Both the position numbers and the translations under genes were made by a program. DNA of 64,000 bases from positions 54,932,001 through 54,996,000 of the forward strand of contig OX597815.1 in the NCBI GenBank assembly GCA_951406725.2. The letters are read 5' to 3'. Position 1 is the stretch's first letter. Each line of letters starts with the position of its first letter. Below the pieces are notes generated by a model, which searched no databases, was not told the DNA's origin, and was given only the letters and a program-made list of their open reading frames with translations. The stretch is from Octopus vulgaris. Lineage: Eukaryota. This document shows, piece after piece, positions 18,101 to 28,843 of this stretch.

Positions 18101-18702
18101 AGGAGCATCGAGGTGAGGTATATACTGTTGCCGGCAGTGTCCACCTTGGGTCTATTTGCTGTGACGGTCTTGTGTATTGTGGATAGTCCCATCTGCGAGT
18201 TTGAGTTTGATGGAGCCAGGTTAGCTGCTGTACAATCTTTTGTGCCATGCACAAAAATGATTCTTGTTCAGCAGCTGCCCTTTCAATAACATGTTGGCGG
18301 TTTGTAGCACGCACTACATCTGCGTACCTCCGTTTTGGGGCAGGTGGTGCGTGATCCATTCCTTTTCCTTTTGATAGTTGGTTTCTGACGTGCAAAACGG
18401 CAGCCTGCACCTGTCATGCCAGCAGACACCTTTCAGGTGGAATTTACACATTCGTGTGCGCTGTCTGTTTCTATCCTTTTTGGTATATGGATAGTCAGGT
18501 TTGCTTCTATCCTTGGCTGTTTCATCTTTTGGTTTTGTTTGAGTTTTAGTTTTTCCTTCTTTGGCCGTTTCATCTTTTGTTTTTCTATTAGTTTTTCCTT
18601 TTATTTCTTTTTTGGTTCTTTCATCTCCATGGTTTTGGCTTTGGCTTTTGGTGCTGGTAGGAGCACTTGCACTTGGGTTTACTTCCCGGGTAGATTTCTC
18701 AC
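15161..18702 (-). mobile_element. 5'-truncated CR1-group LINE, subfamily A (partial ORF1, APE, RT)
   Basis: ORFs 18314..18766, 17194..18252 and 15251..16552 are closely similar to 24746-28600; (TAAA)n tail. Confidence 0.93.
16950..16994 (+). mobile_element. 45-nt RTE-type 3' tail inserted into LINE ORF2
   Basis: ACCCATGCTAGCATGGAAAGCGGACGTTAAAC(GAT)n is absent from the paralogous site at ~26830. Confidence 0.85.
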
Positions 18703-19239
18703 CTATCGAGCACGCCTCTAACAACCCTTTCCAGAAAATAAGAAAACCAAAACAACACCCAAACACCGATACACACCTGTCTAAAAATCGGAACCTTCAC
18801 TACTATCAAAAAAAGAATACAGGACCTAACCCTAACTCTGTAAGCAGCCAGCGATACAATATCAGGAATACCCCCACTTCAAGCAGAGAAAGGATAAATC
18901 AACACCCACAGCATAGACACTGCAACCTCATCCCCACCCAAAGGAGTTACCAACGAAATCTTCGTCCCATTAACCGGTTAAACAACCATGCACAACAAAC
19001 CCACACCACTTGCAATGATTACCAACGAAGGCCTCCTAGAACACCACACCCGAATATGGGATATCGGGATGCTCTCCTCAATACTGCTCCAAGAACACAC
19101 ACCATAAATCACAACAGGAGACCCCTAATCAACAAAGAACAACTATATACTAGCTACCGTCCCAACCACCACATTCATTTTTTAGACCCAATACGCAAAC
19201 ACAGAGACACAAGATAGCACCAAACAAGCAGGAGGAACC

Positions 19240-21495
19240 AAAAGTAATAAAAATTATTAATCTAACTCACAAGGAACTAACAGCAAACCAAATAAACATA
19301 CTTTCCAAAGGACTCAAGTTTACACCCACCCCACAACACCCCAACTACAATGAAATGAAAGAAGACATCGCAGAATTCTGCAGAAAATTAAGACTTACTG
19401 AGGAGCTATACGATAAATACAACGAGGACGAATCGTTAGCCAGAAATAGGAGTAACTACACCCCCTCGAAAGGTAAGAATAAAACACTTGATGATTTCTG
19501 TGACCACATATCAAATTACCCATATCAACATATGCACAAGCAAAAAACACAAACCAAACTTCAGCAAAAAAGAATGGGCTGAGTTGAACAAATTAAAACT
19601 AGATAAAACAATAACAATCAAAGAGGCCGATAAAGGGAGTGCTGTTGTCTTAATGGATACAACATTTTACATAACTTTGGTACTTTCTATGCTGGAAGAC
19701 ACAACATACTATGAAAAGGCACAAAACTACAGTCAACAAAAAATAATGAGGGAGCTAAAATCCATATTAAACCCATACAAAGCAGGGCTCACCGACAAAG
19801 AATATGATTATATGACCAATTTCACAAGTAAAACTAGCCAATTCTACGGTATACCTAAGATCCACAAAAGTGAAAAAATAAGCAACGCATGCAAGATAGC
19901 TACAGACAAAATAATTAAAGTCCCTAATCCTAATGACCTCAAATTGAGACCCATAATAGCAGGTCCCGCATGCGAAACCCACCGCCTCAGTAACTTTTTA
20001 GACACCCTGTTAAAACCACTCCTCAAACATGTCAGAAGCTATATAAGGGACGACTTAGATATGCTCAATCACCTACCGAATACTATAAACAAAAACACCA
20101 TACTGGTATCCTTCGATGTAGTCAACCTCTACTCCAATATCCCCCACAACCTAGGACTAGAGGCAATCCAATTCTGGCTAGAGAATCACGCCAACGAACT
20201 ACCACACCACATCAAAAAAGAATTTGTGATAGAAGGGGTTAAATTCATCCTGGAAAATAACTTCTTCGCCTTCAATGACAACTTCTACCGACAAAAATCG
20301 GGGACTGCGATGGGTACACGAATGGCCCCCTCCTTTGCCAACCTAGTCATAGGATACCTAGAGATCAGTCTGTATCGTAAGGTTCTAGAAAGATATGGCA
20401 GCCCTTTCTCCATCTACATAGAAAACAATTGGAAGAGATATCTAGATGACTGTTTCATCCTTTGGCATAAAAATATAGAAAAACTCATAGAATTCCAGAA
20501 AATTTTAAACGGACTGGACGTAAACATCCAATTCACGATGGAATATAGCCAACAACAACTCCCCTTCCTCGATATCCTCATTAAGAAAGCTAATAATATA
20601 ATAGAAACAGACATATACTATAAGCCTACAGACTAAGCAATATCTTCCATTCAATTCATGCCACCCCAGACACACCAGGATGAATATCCCCTTCAATCTA
20701 GCAAAAAGGATATGCACTATAGTCTCTAACGCAAACACCAGAGACACACGACTACAAGAACTAAAAGATACCCTAATCACCAGGAACTATCCACCTTCAC
20801 TTATTGACAAGTGCATTCAACTTAACATCAAGGAACTGAGACATCCCAAATCAAAGAAAAACTTACAACCAAAAGCCTTACCATACATCTCCACACACAA
20901 CCCTCTCAATAACGAAGCCTTCGACACCATCCTCCACAACATACCCCTCCTAAAAAAAGACCACAGAATGAACACAATCCTCCAAACACACACGATCATA
21001 AAAAGCAAAAGACAGCCTAGATCCATGAAAAGTCTCCTTACACAAGCCCGAATTCACTCTTCAACACAGAAGCCGACAGTAAAAAAATGTGGAAGACCCA
21101 ATTGCGGGATATGCGACTATCTAATTGAGGGATCAGAGTTCTCCTTCAAACAGGGACAACGGTTTACAGTGAAAAGCAACTTCACATGTGCTTCGGAGAA
21201 CCTAATATACTCACTAACCTGCTCCAGGTGTCAAGAGCAGTACATAGGCCAAACAAAAAATGGTTTGCGTAAACGAATGGCCCTGCACAGATCCCAGATA
21301 AAAATTCCCCAAAACAGAAAAATAGCTTTTAGCCAACACATAGATACTTGCGCCAACAAAAAAACACCAAACTTCAGAATTTTCCCCCTCTACCAATTTA
21401 GGGACGATACAACCTCGAGACAACGAATAAGTAAAGAAAATCTCTTTATTACAAAATACAAGCCACTTCTTAACGGGTCTACGACAAACAATTAA
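19240..21495 (+). pseudogene. Penelope RT + GIY-YIG endonuclease, frameshifted near 19545 and 20632
   Basis: ORFs 19355..19582, 19488..20636 and 20680..21495 are collinear parts. Confidence 0.88.
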
Positions 21496-22182
21496 TATAC
21501 CTCAACTTTAGAATAAAAGAAAAATATATATATACACACAAATATTACACTCCATAGAATCCATTACTAATCAGCCCCTTCATAGCTATACTTACACCCA
21601 TTCATATTCCCCCTTCTGTTTTTTTCTTCTTCTTCTTCTTCCTCTTCTTCATCATCATCATCATTATCATCATCATCGTCGTCATCATCATCACCACCAT
21701 CTTCTCCTTCTCCTCCTTCTTCTTCTTCTTCTTCTTCATCATCATCATTATCATCATCATCGTCGTCATAATCATCACCACCATCACCATCATCGTCATC
21801 TTCTCCTTCTCCTTCTTCTTCTACTTCTCCACCCCCTACCCCTTAACTTTGTCACTAATGTTTTTTAGTATAACACCTATGCTAATTCTATAAACAAGCC
21901 TGTCAATATAAATATTCTCCTGAATTGAACTGAGACTGCCAGCCGCCACTGACCATTCAAAATACGACCATCAGGGCACTCCCAGATTCTCCCACCCCCT
22001 TTCCTCACCAGCCTTCTTCCTCTACTACCCTACCAAGAACTCACAACGACCTCCAACGCACAAGTGCAAACAAGGGAGTCAGAGAAAGGCAGAATGCCAC
22101 TTAAATCTGAACACTACTATAGAAATATTCTTTTAAAAAAACTTTTCTTCTAATTTTTCTAAATTTAATTATTTAATCGTTA

Positions 22183-22220
22183 CAGTTGAAAAGGTCTCAA
22201 AATGACCGAAACCGGTACTG
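22183..22220 (+). ncRNA. Minimal type I hammerhead ribozyme in the Penelope pLTR
   Basis: CAG-TTGAAAA-GGTC tcaaaat GACC-GAAA-CCGG-TA^CTG: U3/A8 core variant, palindromic ACCGGT stem III. Confidence 0.8.
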
Positions 22221-22314
22221 AAATGTTCACTATAAAATTATTTTAGCATTTTCTATTTTTGACTTGTTTTTTCATATATATATATATATATATACATATA
22301 TTCATACATATATA

Positions 22315-22800
22315 ACTCCAAGAAAGTTAGGGGTTGTGAATCCAACCCACTAAGGGATAATATCTATCCAATATCCTGCTGGTAGAATACCCAATTATTA
22401 GTACACAAGTGTTTTTTATTGCATTGCAATTACATTACCTAGGGCACTAACTGGGTGAAGGTAAAGAGATATTTTACCATTAATTTATATAGCAAATAAG
22501 AAAACAGAGGAGAGCAATAGGTGGTTCATATAAGATATAAAATATAGTAATATATAAGGATACCAGTAATTTTTATAAAAAACATGAATATAAATTGGTA
22601 AAACAACTTACAGCTGTTTCAGCCAATAGATAAAAATACTCATTCTACCTATATTACTCAAGTGGATTGAAGTAATAGGTAGGTGAACATGAGGTACTTG
22701 TATATATATCTAGGCTTCGTCAGAGATTATAAAGTACAAATGTTAAGTTATAATAATAAATATAAATATAAAATAATCAAAATACACACACATTTGAATA
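22315..22800 (-). mobile_element. Non-coding repeat carrying a long-stem hammerhead; probable pLTR of a second Penelope-like family
   Basis: Second copy at 14950-15115; flanked by (TA)n. Confidence 0.55.
22603..22730 (-). ncRNA. Type I hammerhead ribozyme with extended stem II
   Basis: Minus strand reads CT-CTGACGA-AGCC TAGATA...TATCTA tt GGCT-GAAA-CAGCTG-TA^AG; canonical core. Confidence 0.75.
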
Positions 22801-23465
22801 TATATATATATATACATATAGATATAGTTATACATAACTACTTATAAATACTGAAATATACATACACATCTACATCCATAAGCATATATAATATTCAGAT
22901 ATTACTAATATTATTATTATTAATATTAGATGTATTCTGCTATTCACAATAGATAATATATAAAATATAGAATATAACATAATATATAAACAGATATTTA
23001 TGAAAGTTATACGGATATTAATTTTACAATCACTATATCATACAGTTATTACAGTTATGTCAATATTATTCTGCATACGCATGAGTAACACATATATGCA
23101 TATGCACACATGCATATACGCACAAATATATATATGCACATATAAATTTTTTTTTTCCATTTAAGCATACTAATATGTACATACGTATTATATGTTTTTT
23201 AAATGTAAGATAATTCACAGACTAAGAGAAATGTGGTAAGCTTTCTTGTCCGTTGTTTATTAATATTGCAGTAGTTTAAATCTCACGGGGATTGAAGTAT
23301 TTTCCATTTCTTAATCTAATTGGTTAACAATTTTTTTAATTTCTTTGTCTCAGTTATGGTTGGTTGATTGAAAACCGATGAAATAAAACAAATAGTAAAT
23401 AGAACAAAAACAGTTGAAAATGTGAATTCATGTTTTTATATATACATGTATATATACATCTACAC

Positions 23466-23519
<54 letters not shown>

Positions 23520-23542
23520 GGACAAACATACATACACACAGA

Positions 23543-23884
23543 CAGTGCCGGTGGCACATAAGAAAACCATCCGAACGTGATCGTAGCCAGTACCGCAACG
23601 ACTGGCCTCCGTGCTGAGGGCACGTAACAAACACCATCCGAGCGTGGCCGTCCGCCAGCCCCGTCTGGCACCTGTGTCGGTGACACATAAGAAAACACCA
23701 TCCGAGCGTGGCCGTCAGCCAGCCTCGTCTGGCACCTGTGTCAGTGGCACATAAAAAACACCATCTGAGCGTGGCCGTCTGCCAGCCTCGTCTGGCAACT
23801 GTGTCGGTGGCACATAAAATCACCCACTACACTCTCGGAGTGGTTGGCGTTAGGAAGGGCATCCAGCTGTAGAAACACTGCCAG
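23543..23884 (+). mobile_element. RTE 3' UTR fragment with ~61-bp tandem units, cut by the gap
   Basis: Homologous to the reverse complement of 5151-5427. Confidence 0.85.
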
Positions 23885-23984
23885 NNNNNNNNNNNNNNNN
23901 NNNNNNNNNNNNNNNNNNNNNNNNNNNNNNNNNNNNNNNNNNNNNNNNNNNNNNNNNNNNNNNNNNNNNNNNNNNNNNNNNNNN
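23885..23984. other. Scaffold gap (100 N)
   Basis: Run of n. Confidence 1.
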
Positions 23985-24700
23985 ACATATGTATAAATAT
24001 ACATATATATATATATACTTATATATCTTCTGCGGACAGATATATATATTCTTTCTCTATTTCTTCCTTCTCTCTCTGTCTCTTCAGTTCTCTCCCTCAC
24101 GCTTCTCCTTGTCTCTTCATTACTCTCTTCTTTTCTTACTCTCCTCTTTCAGCTCTTAATCTCTCTCTAAGTACATAGACGCTTTCTCTCTCTTCCCCCA
24201 TACACATATATATGTGTATGTGCACACGTGTGTATATATGTGTGTATGTATACATATGTATATGTGTGTCTTATTTTGCTGTTTGTGTGTGTGCAATTAG
24301 TTTTGTATAGAAATCTTCTGCGGACAGATATATATATTCTCTCTCTATTTCTTCCTTCTCTCTCTGTCTCTTCAGTTCTCTCCCTCACGCTTCTCCTTGT
24401 CTCTTCATTACTCTCTATTTTCTTACTCTCCCCTTTCAGCTCTCAATCTCTAAGTACATAGACGCTTTCTCTCTCTTCCTTCAGCTCTCAGTCTCTCCTC
24501 TTCCTCTTCTCTCTTACTCTCTTCTTTCGGCTCCCAATCTCTCCTTAAGTACATAGACGCTCTATTTCTTCAGCTCGCAGTCTCTCCACTTCCTCTTCTC
24601 TCTTACTCTCTTCTTTCGGCTCCCAATCTCTCCTTAAGTACATAGACGCTCTCTTTCTCTATTTCTTCCCTACCCCCTATTGCACTATTAGATTAATATA
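23985..24700 (+). repeat. CT-rich tandem-repeat element of unknown class
   Basis: TAAGTACATAGACGCT x4 and CTTCTGCGGACAGATATATATATTC x2. Confidence 0.8.
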
Positions 24701-24745
24701 AATTAATATAATCAGATAGATAGATAGATAGATAAAATATCAAGA

Positions 24746-25635
24746 ATGTCCAGAACCTGGAAAAGTGACGAACTGGCGTTGTTCCTGAGAGGATTGCGAT
24801 GCGCTGACGGAGAAAATCCAAATAACATAATCACGGCTGCGCTGAAGAGCAGCGGATACAAAAGGACGTCAGCCCAAATAGAGCAGAAGAAGCAAGAATT
24901 TATACACTCCTACGCACTTGTCAGATTGCACATTAACACGCTGGATGCCATCTTTGACAGCGAAAAACGCGAACAAAGTAAAGATGGCAAGGATGGAGAC
25001 GCGGGCGCTGATGAAAAAGGTCACCCCCACCTGGTAGACGCCCAGGAAGAAAACTCCAGTGAGAAACCTGCCTGGGAGGTAAACCCAAGTGCGGGTGCTC
25101 CTACCGGCACCAAAAGCCATGGACATGGAGATGAAAGAACCCAAAAAGGAGGAAAAACTAAAACTAAAAATCAGGCAAAACCAAAAACGAAACAGCCAAG
25201 GATAGAAGCAAACCTAACTATCCATATGCCAAAAAGGATGGAAACAAGCAGCGCACACGGGTATGTAGGTTCTACCTGAGAGGTGCCTGCCGGCATGGAG
25301 AGGAAGGTGCAGGCAGCCGTTTTGCACATTTGGGACCCTGCCGCAGAAACCAACCACCGAAAGGAAAAGGGATGGACCATGCACCACCTGCCCCAAAACG
25401 GAGGTACGCAGATGTGGTGCGTGCCACAAACCGCCAACGTGTTGTTGAAAGGGCAGCTGCTGAACAAGAATCTTTTTTGTGCATGGCACAAAAGATTGTA
25501 CAGCAGCTAACCTGGCTCCATCAAACTCAAGCTCGCAGATGGGACTACCCACAGTTCACAAGACCACCACAGCAAATAGACCCAAGGTGGACACCACCGG
25601 CAACAGCATACACCTCACCTCGATGCTCCTACTGA
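24746..25635 (+). pseudogene. LINE ORF1: Myb/SANT-like N-terminus, basic linker, CCCH-type finger; one frameshift near 25185
   Basis: ORF 24746..25279 joins the frame of 25330..25635 via NETAKDRSKPNYPYAKKDGNKQRTRVCRFYLRGACRHGEEGAGSRFAH; homologs in both other long copies. Confidence 0.75.
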
Positions 25636-28554
25636 ACATCAGAGGACTACTAACACACAATAACAGGACAAAAGTCTCGTTCTTGAGAGACTTTGTTGCA
25701 TGCAATCAAGCCTTATGCATAGCACTTACGGAAACACACCTGAAACCGGACATAGCGGATGCGGAATTACACATACCACAGTATGTTGTACTACGGACCG
25801 ACAGAAAGGAAAGGAGTCATGGAGGAGTTGCTATGTACATCCGTGAGGACCTCACACCCCAGGTCCTTTTGTCATACTCAAACTCGGTGTGTGACACACT
25901 AATTGTACATGTAAGGCAACTTGGTGTAGTTGTGTGTGCTACATATCGCCCTCCAGATGCCCCAAGCCATATGGGCAAGTTTGAAGACTGCCTTATAAAA
26001 ATAGAAAAAGTTCTAGTCACACTAGAACAGCACATAAGTGTACTTCTCATGGGAGACTTCAACCTACCCAATGTCAGATGGCCCGAGGGCCTTTCTCTCC
26101 CAGGAATGACACGATGTGAACGGGGACAAGCGAGGTCCCTCCTGAACCTCATCAACACCCTGTACATGGAGCAAGTAATACTCCAACCAACCAGGGCAGG
26201 TAACACACTGGATCTCTGCTTCACAAATAATATGGATCTCATCCTTAATGTGAAAGTGACACCGACACTACTCTCGGATCACAACATGGTAGAGCTGACC
26301 ATGTACGGGCCAAAGGAAAGCATGGACATGCAGCCTACAAGAAAATCTCAGAATCTTTCCAGCTTGAACTTCCATAAGGCAAACTGGAAACAAATTGAGA
26401 AAGAGATCCTCAAACAAAACTGGCCTGAATGTCTCTCCTCGCCAGACATCGACATGAAACTTCAACAATTCATGTCTGTAATGCAAGCCATATGCTACAA
26501 ATGTGTCCCAGAGAGAAAGGCCACTGTACACAAGAACAAAATCCCCAGAGAGAGGAAAATTTTAATGAGACGGCGTACAAAAATTTCAAATCGCCTAAAC
26601 AAACAAATTGAAAACAGTGAAAAGTCCCACCTGAAAATAAAACTGTTGGAAATTGAAAAATGTCTGCAACTCTCCCATGAAAAGGAAAGAGCAGATAAAG
26701 AAGCCTGGGCTATAGACAACATAAAATCTAACCCCAGAGCTTTCTACAGGTATGCCAAAGAAACAGCTATGGTGCACTGTAGGATAGGTCCACTCCTTGA
26801 AAGGGATGGCACACTCACAGGAAATCCAATGAGGGTAAGTGAAATACTAAATGAGCAGTTCAAGAGTGTTTTCACCCCACCCCTTGGGCATTTCCAAATC
26901 AGCAATCCAACTGACGTCTTCACCACTGCAGATATGGGGTCAGAGACGGCGATGATTGATTACATCAATATAAAGGAAGACGATGTAATAAAGGCTATAG
27001 ATGAGATGAAAACAAACTCAGCTACTGGCCCCGATGGATTCCCGGCAATCCTTCTAAAAGTATGTAAGAGAGTACTAGCAAGACCACTGCAGTTTCTCTT
27101 TCAGAGCTTCCTTGCAACTGGCAAACTTCCAAGAAAACTGTAGGAAGGTAAAATATGCCCTATCCATAAAGGAGGTAGCAGAGCGGAGGCCAAGAACTAC
27201 AGACCTATCTCTCTCACGTCACACATCAGCAAGGTCATGGAACGAATAGTCAGAAGGAAACTAATCACCTTCCTTGAAGAAAATGACTTGCTGCCTGGCA
27301 CCCAACATGGTTTCCGACCAGGAAGAAGCTGCTTAACTCAGCTCCTACAACACAATGACTGGGTGCTGAAATGACTGCTCAACCACTCAAATGTGGAAGT
27401 GATGTATCTCAGCTTTGCAAAGGCCTTTGATAAAGTCGATCATGGAATGATATGTCACAAACTGCATGATCTTGGCATAGTTGGAAAATTGGGAGAATGG
27501 CTTCATGACATTCTGAAGGATAGAAGTCAGGTGGTAGTAGCAAATAGTGAAAGGTGTTCCGCAGGGCACTGTTTTGGGACCACTACTGTTCATAATGGCC
27601 CTCTCAGACATGCCCTCAGCCACGCAGAGAGCCACGATCACAAGTTATGCAGATGATAGAAAAGTTTCACAGGCAATACAGAACCCTGAAGACACTAAAT
27701 GCCTGCAATGTGAGCTGGACAAAATATACAAGTGGGCTGAAAAGAATAGCATGCAGTTCAATGCTGAAAAGTTTCAAGCTTTATGCTATCAGCATGCAAA
27801 ACTGAATGCAATACCCAATGAATACACTGGACCCGGAGGGATCGCAATCCCAGAGGCACAATCAGTGCGTGACCTGGGTATTTACGTGAGCAATGACGCA
27901 ACCTTTCATGTACATGTTGCTAAACTGGCAATGAAATGTAGACGGCTGGCTGGATGGATTCTTAGAACCTTTAGAACAAGAGATCAAAAAACCATGATGG
28001 TCCTCTGGAAGACACTTGTCCTAAGCCACTTTGACTATTGCTCTCAGCTATGGTCACCATCCAGTGTCAAGTTGATCACAGAACTTGAGGCGATCCAACG
28101 AAGCTACACGAAGAAGATAGCCTCTGTGCAGCATATAAGATACTGGGAAAGACTCAAGAGATTAAAACTCTATTCCTTGGAGCGTAGGCAAGAAAGATAT
28201 GCCATAATATACATCTGGAAGATCCTGGAAGGAATTGTCCCAAACTTTGGCATCGAGAGTTACACAAATGACAGAACTGGCGCCACTGCGTGGCTCCGAG
28301 GACTCCAAATTTGCCATCAAGATGTAGGACAAGATACTGTGATAGCCTGGGCTTCAGAGGCCCACAGCTCTTCAATATCCTCCCGAAGAACCTGAGGGAC
28401 CTGCATGGGGTGGATGCGGATGTCTTTAAAGTAGGACTGGATCCCTTCCTGTCAGGTGTCCAGGATGAACAAATTCACGGCAGGAGGTGCAGATGAGGGC
28501 AGCTGCATGAAACTCTCTCATGCACCAAATGGCAGTTGCTAAAAGCATTCGTGA
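25623..28554 (+). pseudogene. LINE ORF2 (APE endonuclease + reverse transcriptase) with stops at 27141 and ~27372 and later frameshifts
   Basis: LLNIRGL, TETHL, YRPP, GDFNLP, LDLCFTN, SDHN; GPDG, YRPISLTS, QHGFRPGRSC, GVPQGTVLGPLLF, YADD. Confidence 0.92.
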
Positions 28555-28727
28555 GGTAAAATCATGTAGCAACACCAAATGGCGGTGCCCCAGCATGGCC
28601 ACAGCTCAAGAGCTGAAACTGGAAAACATGAACATAAATAAATAATATATATTTATGTGTATGTATAAATATATATATATATTTATGTGTATGTATAAAT
28701 ATATACATATATATATATTTATGTACA

Positions 28728-28760
<33 letters not shown>

Positions 28761-28843
28761 GTAACAAAGTGGAGTTGTAGGGTACCGCACGAGTGGAATT
28801 ATATACGAAAGAAGGTTTGAAAATGCAATTTTAAAAGATGTTT

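Larger units (their letters stand above)
18703..22275 (+). mobile_element. 5'-truncated Penelope-like retroelement (Neptune-type linker) with 3' pLTR
   Basis: RT motifs KEADKG, FYGIPKIHK, LRPII, SFDVVNLYSNIP, GTAMG, RYLDD, LPFLD; C-terminal CGRPNCGIC linker and LIY...YIGQT endonuclease; pLTR ~21500-22275 with a hammerhead. Confidence 0.93.
24740..28645 (+). mobile_element. Full-length CR1-group LINE, subfamily A
   Basis: ORF1, APE-RT ORF2, 3' stem-loop and (TAAA)n tail. Confidence 0.95.

Noticed and set aside
28760-28843. TGTAAC-starting segment resembling an LTR end
   Set aside because: Only one terminus and too short to support a call
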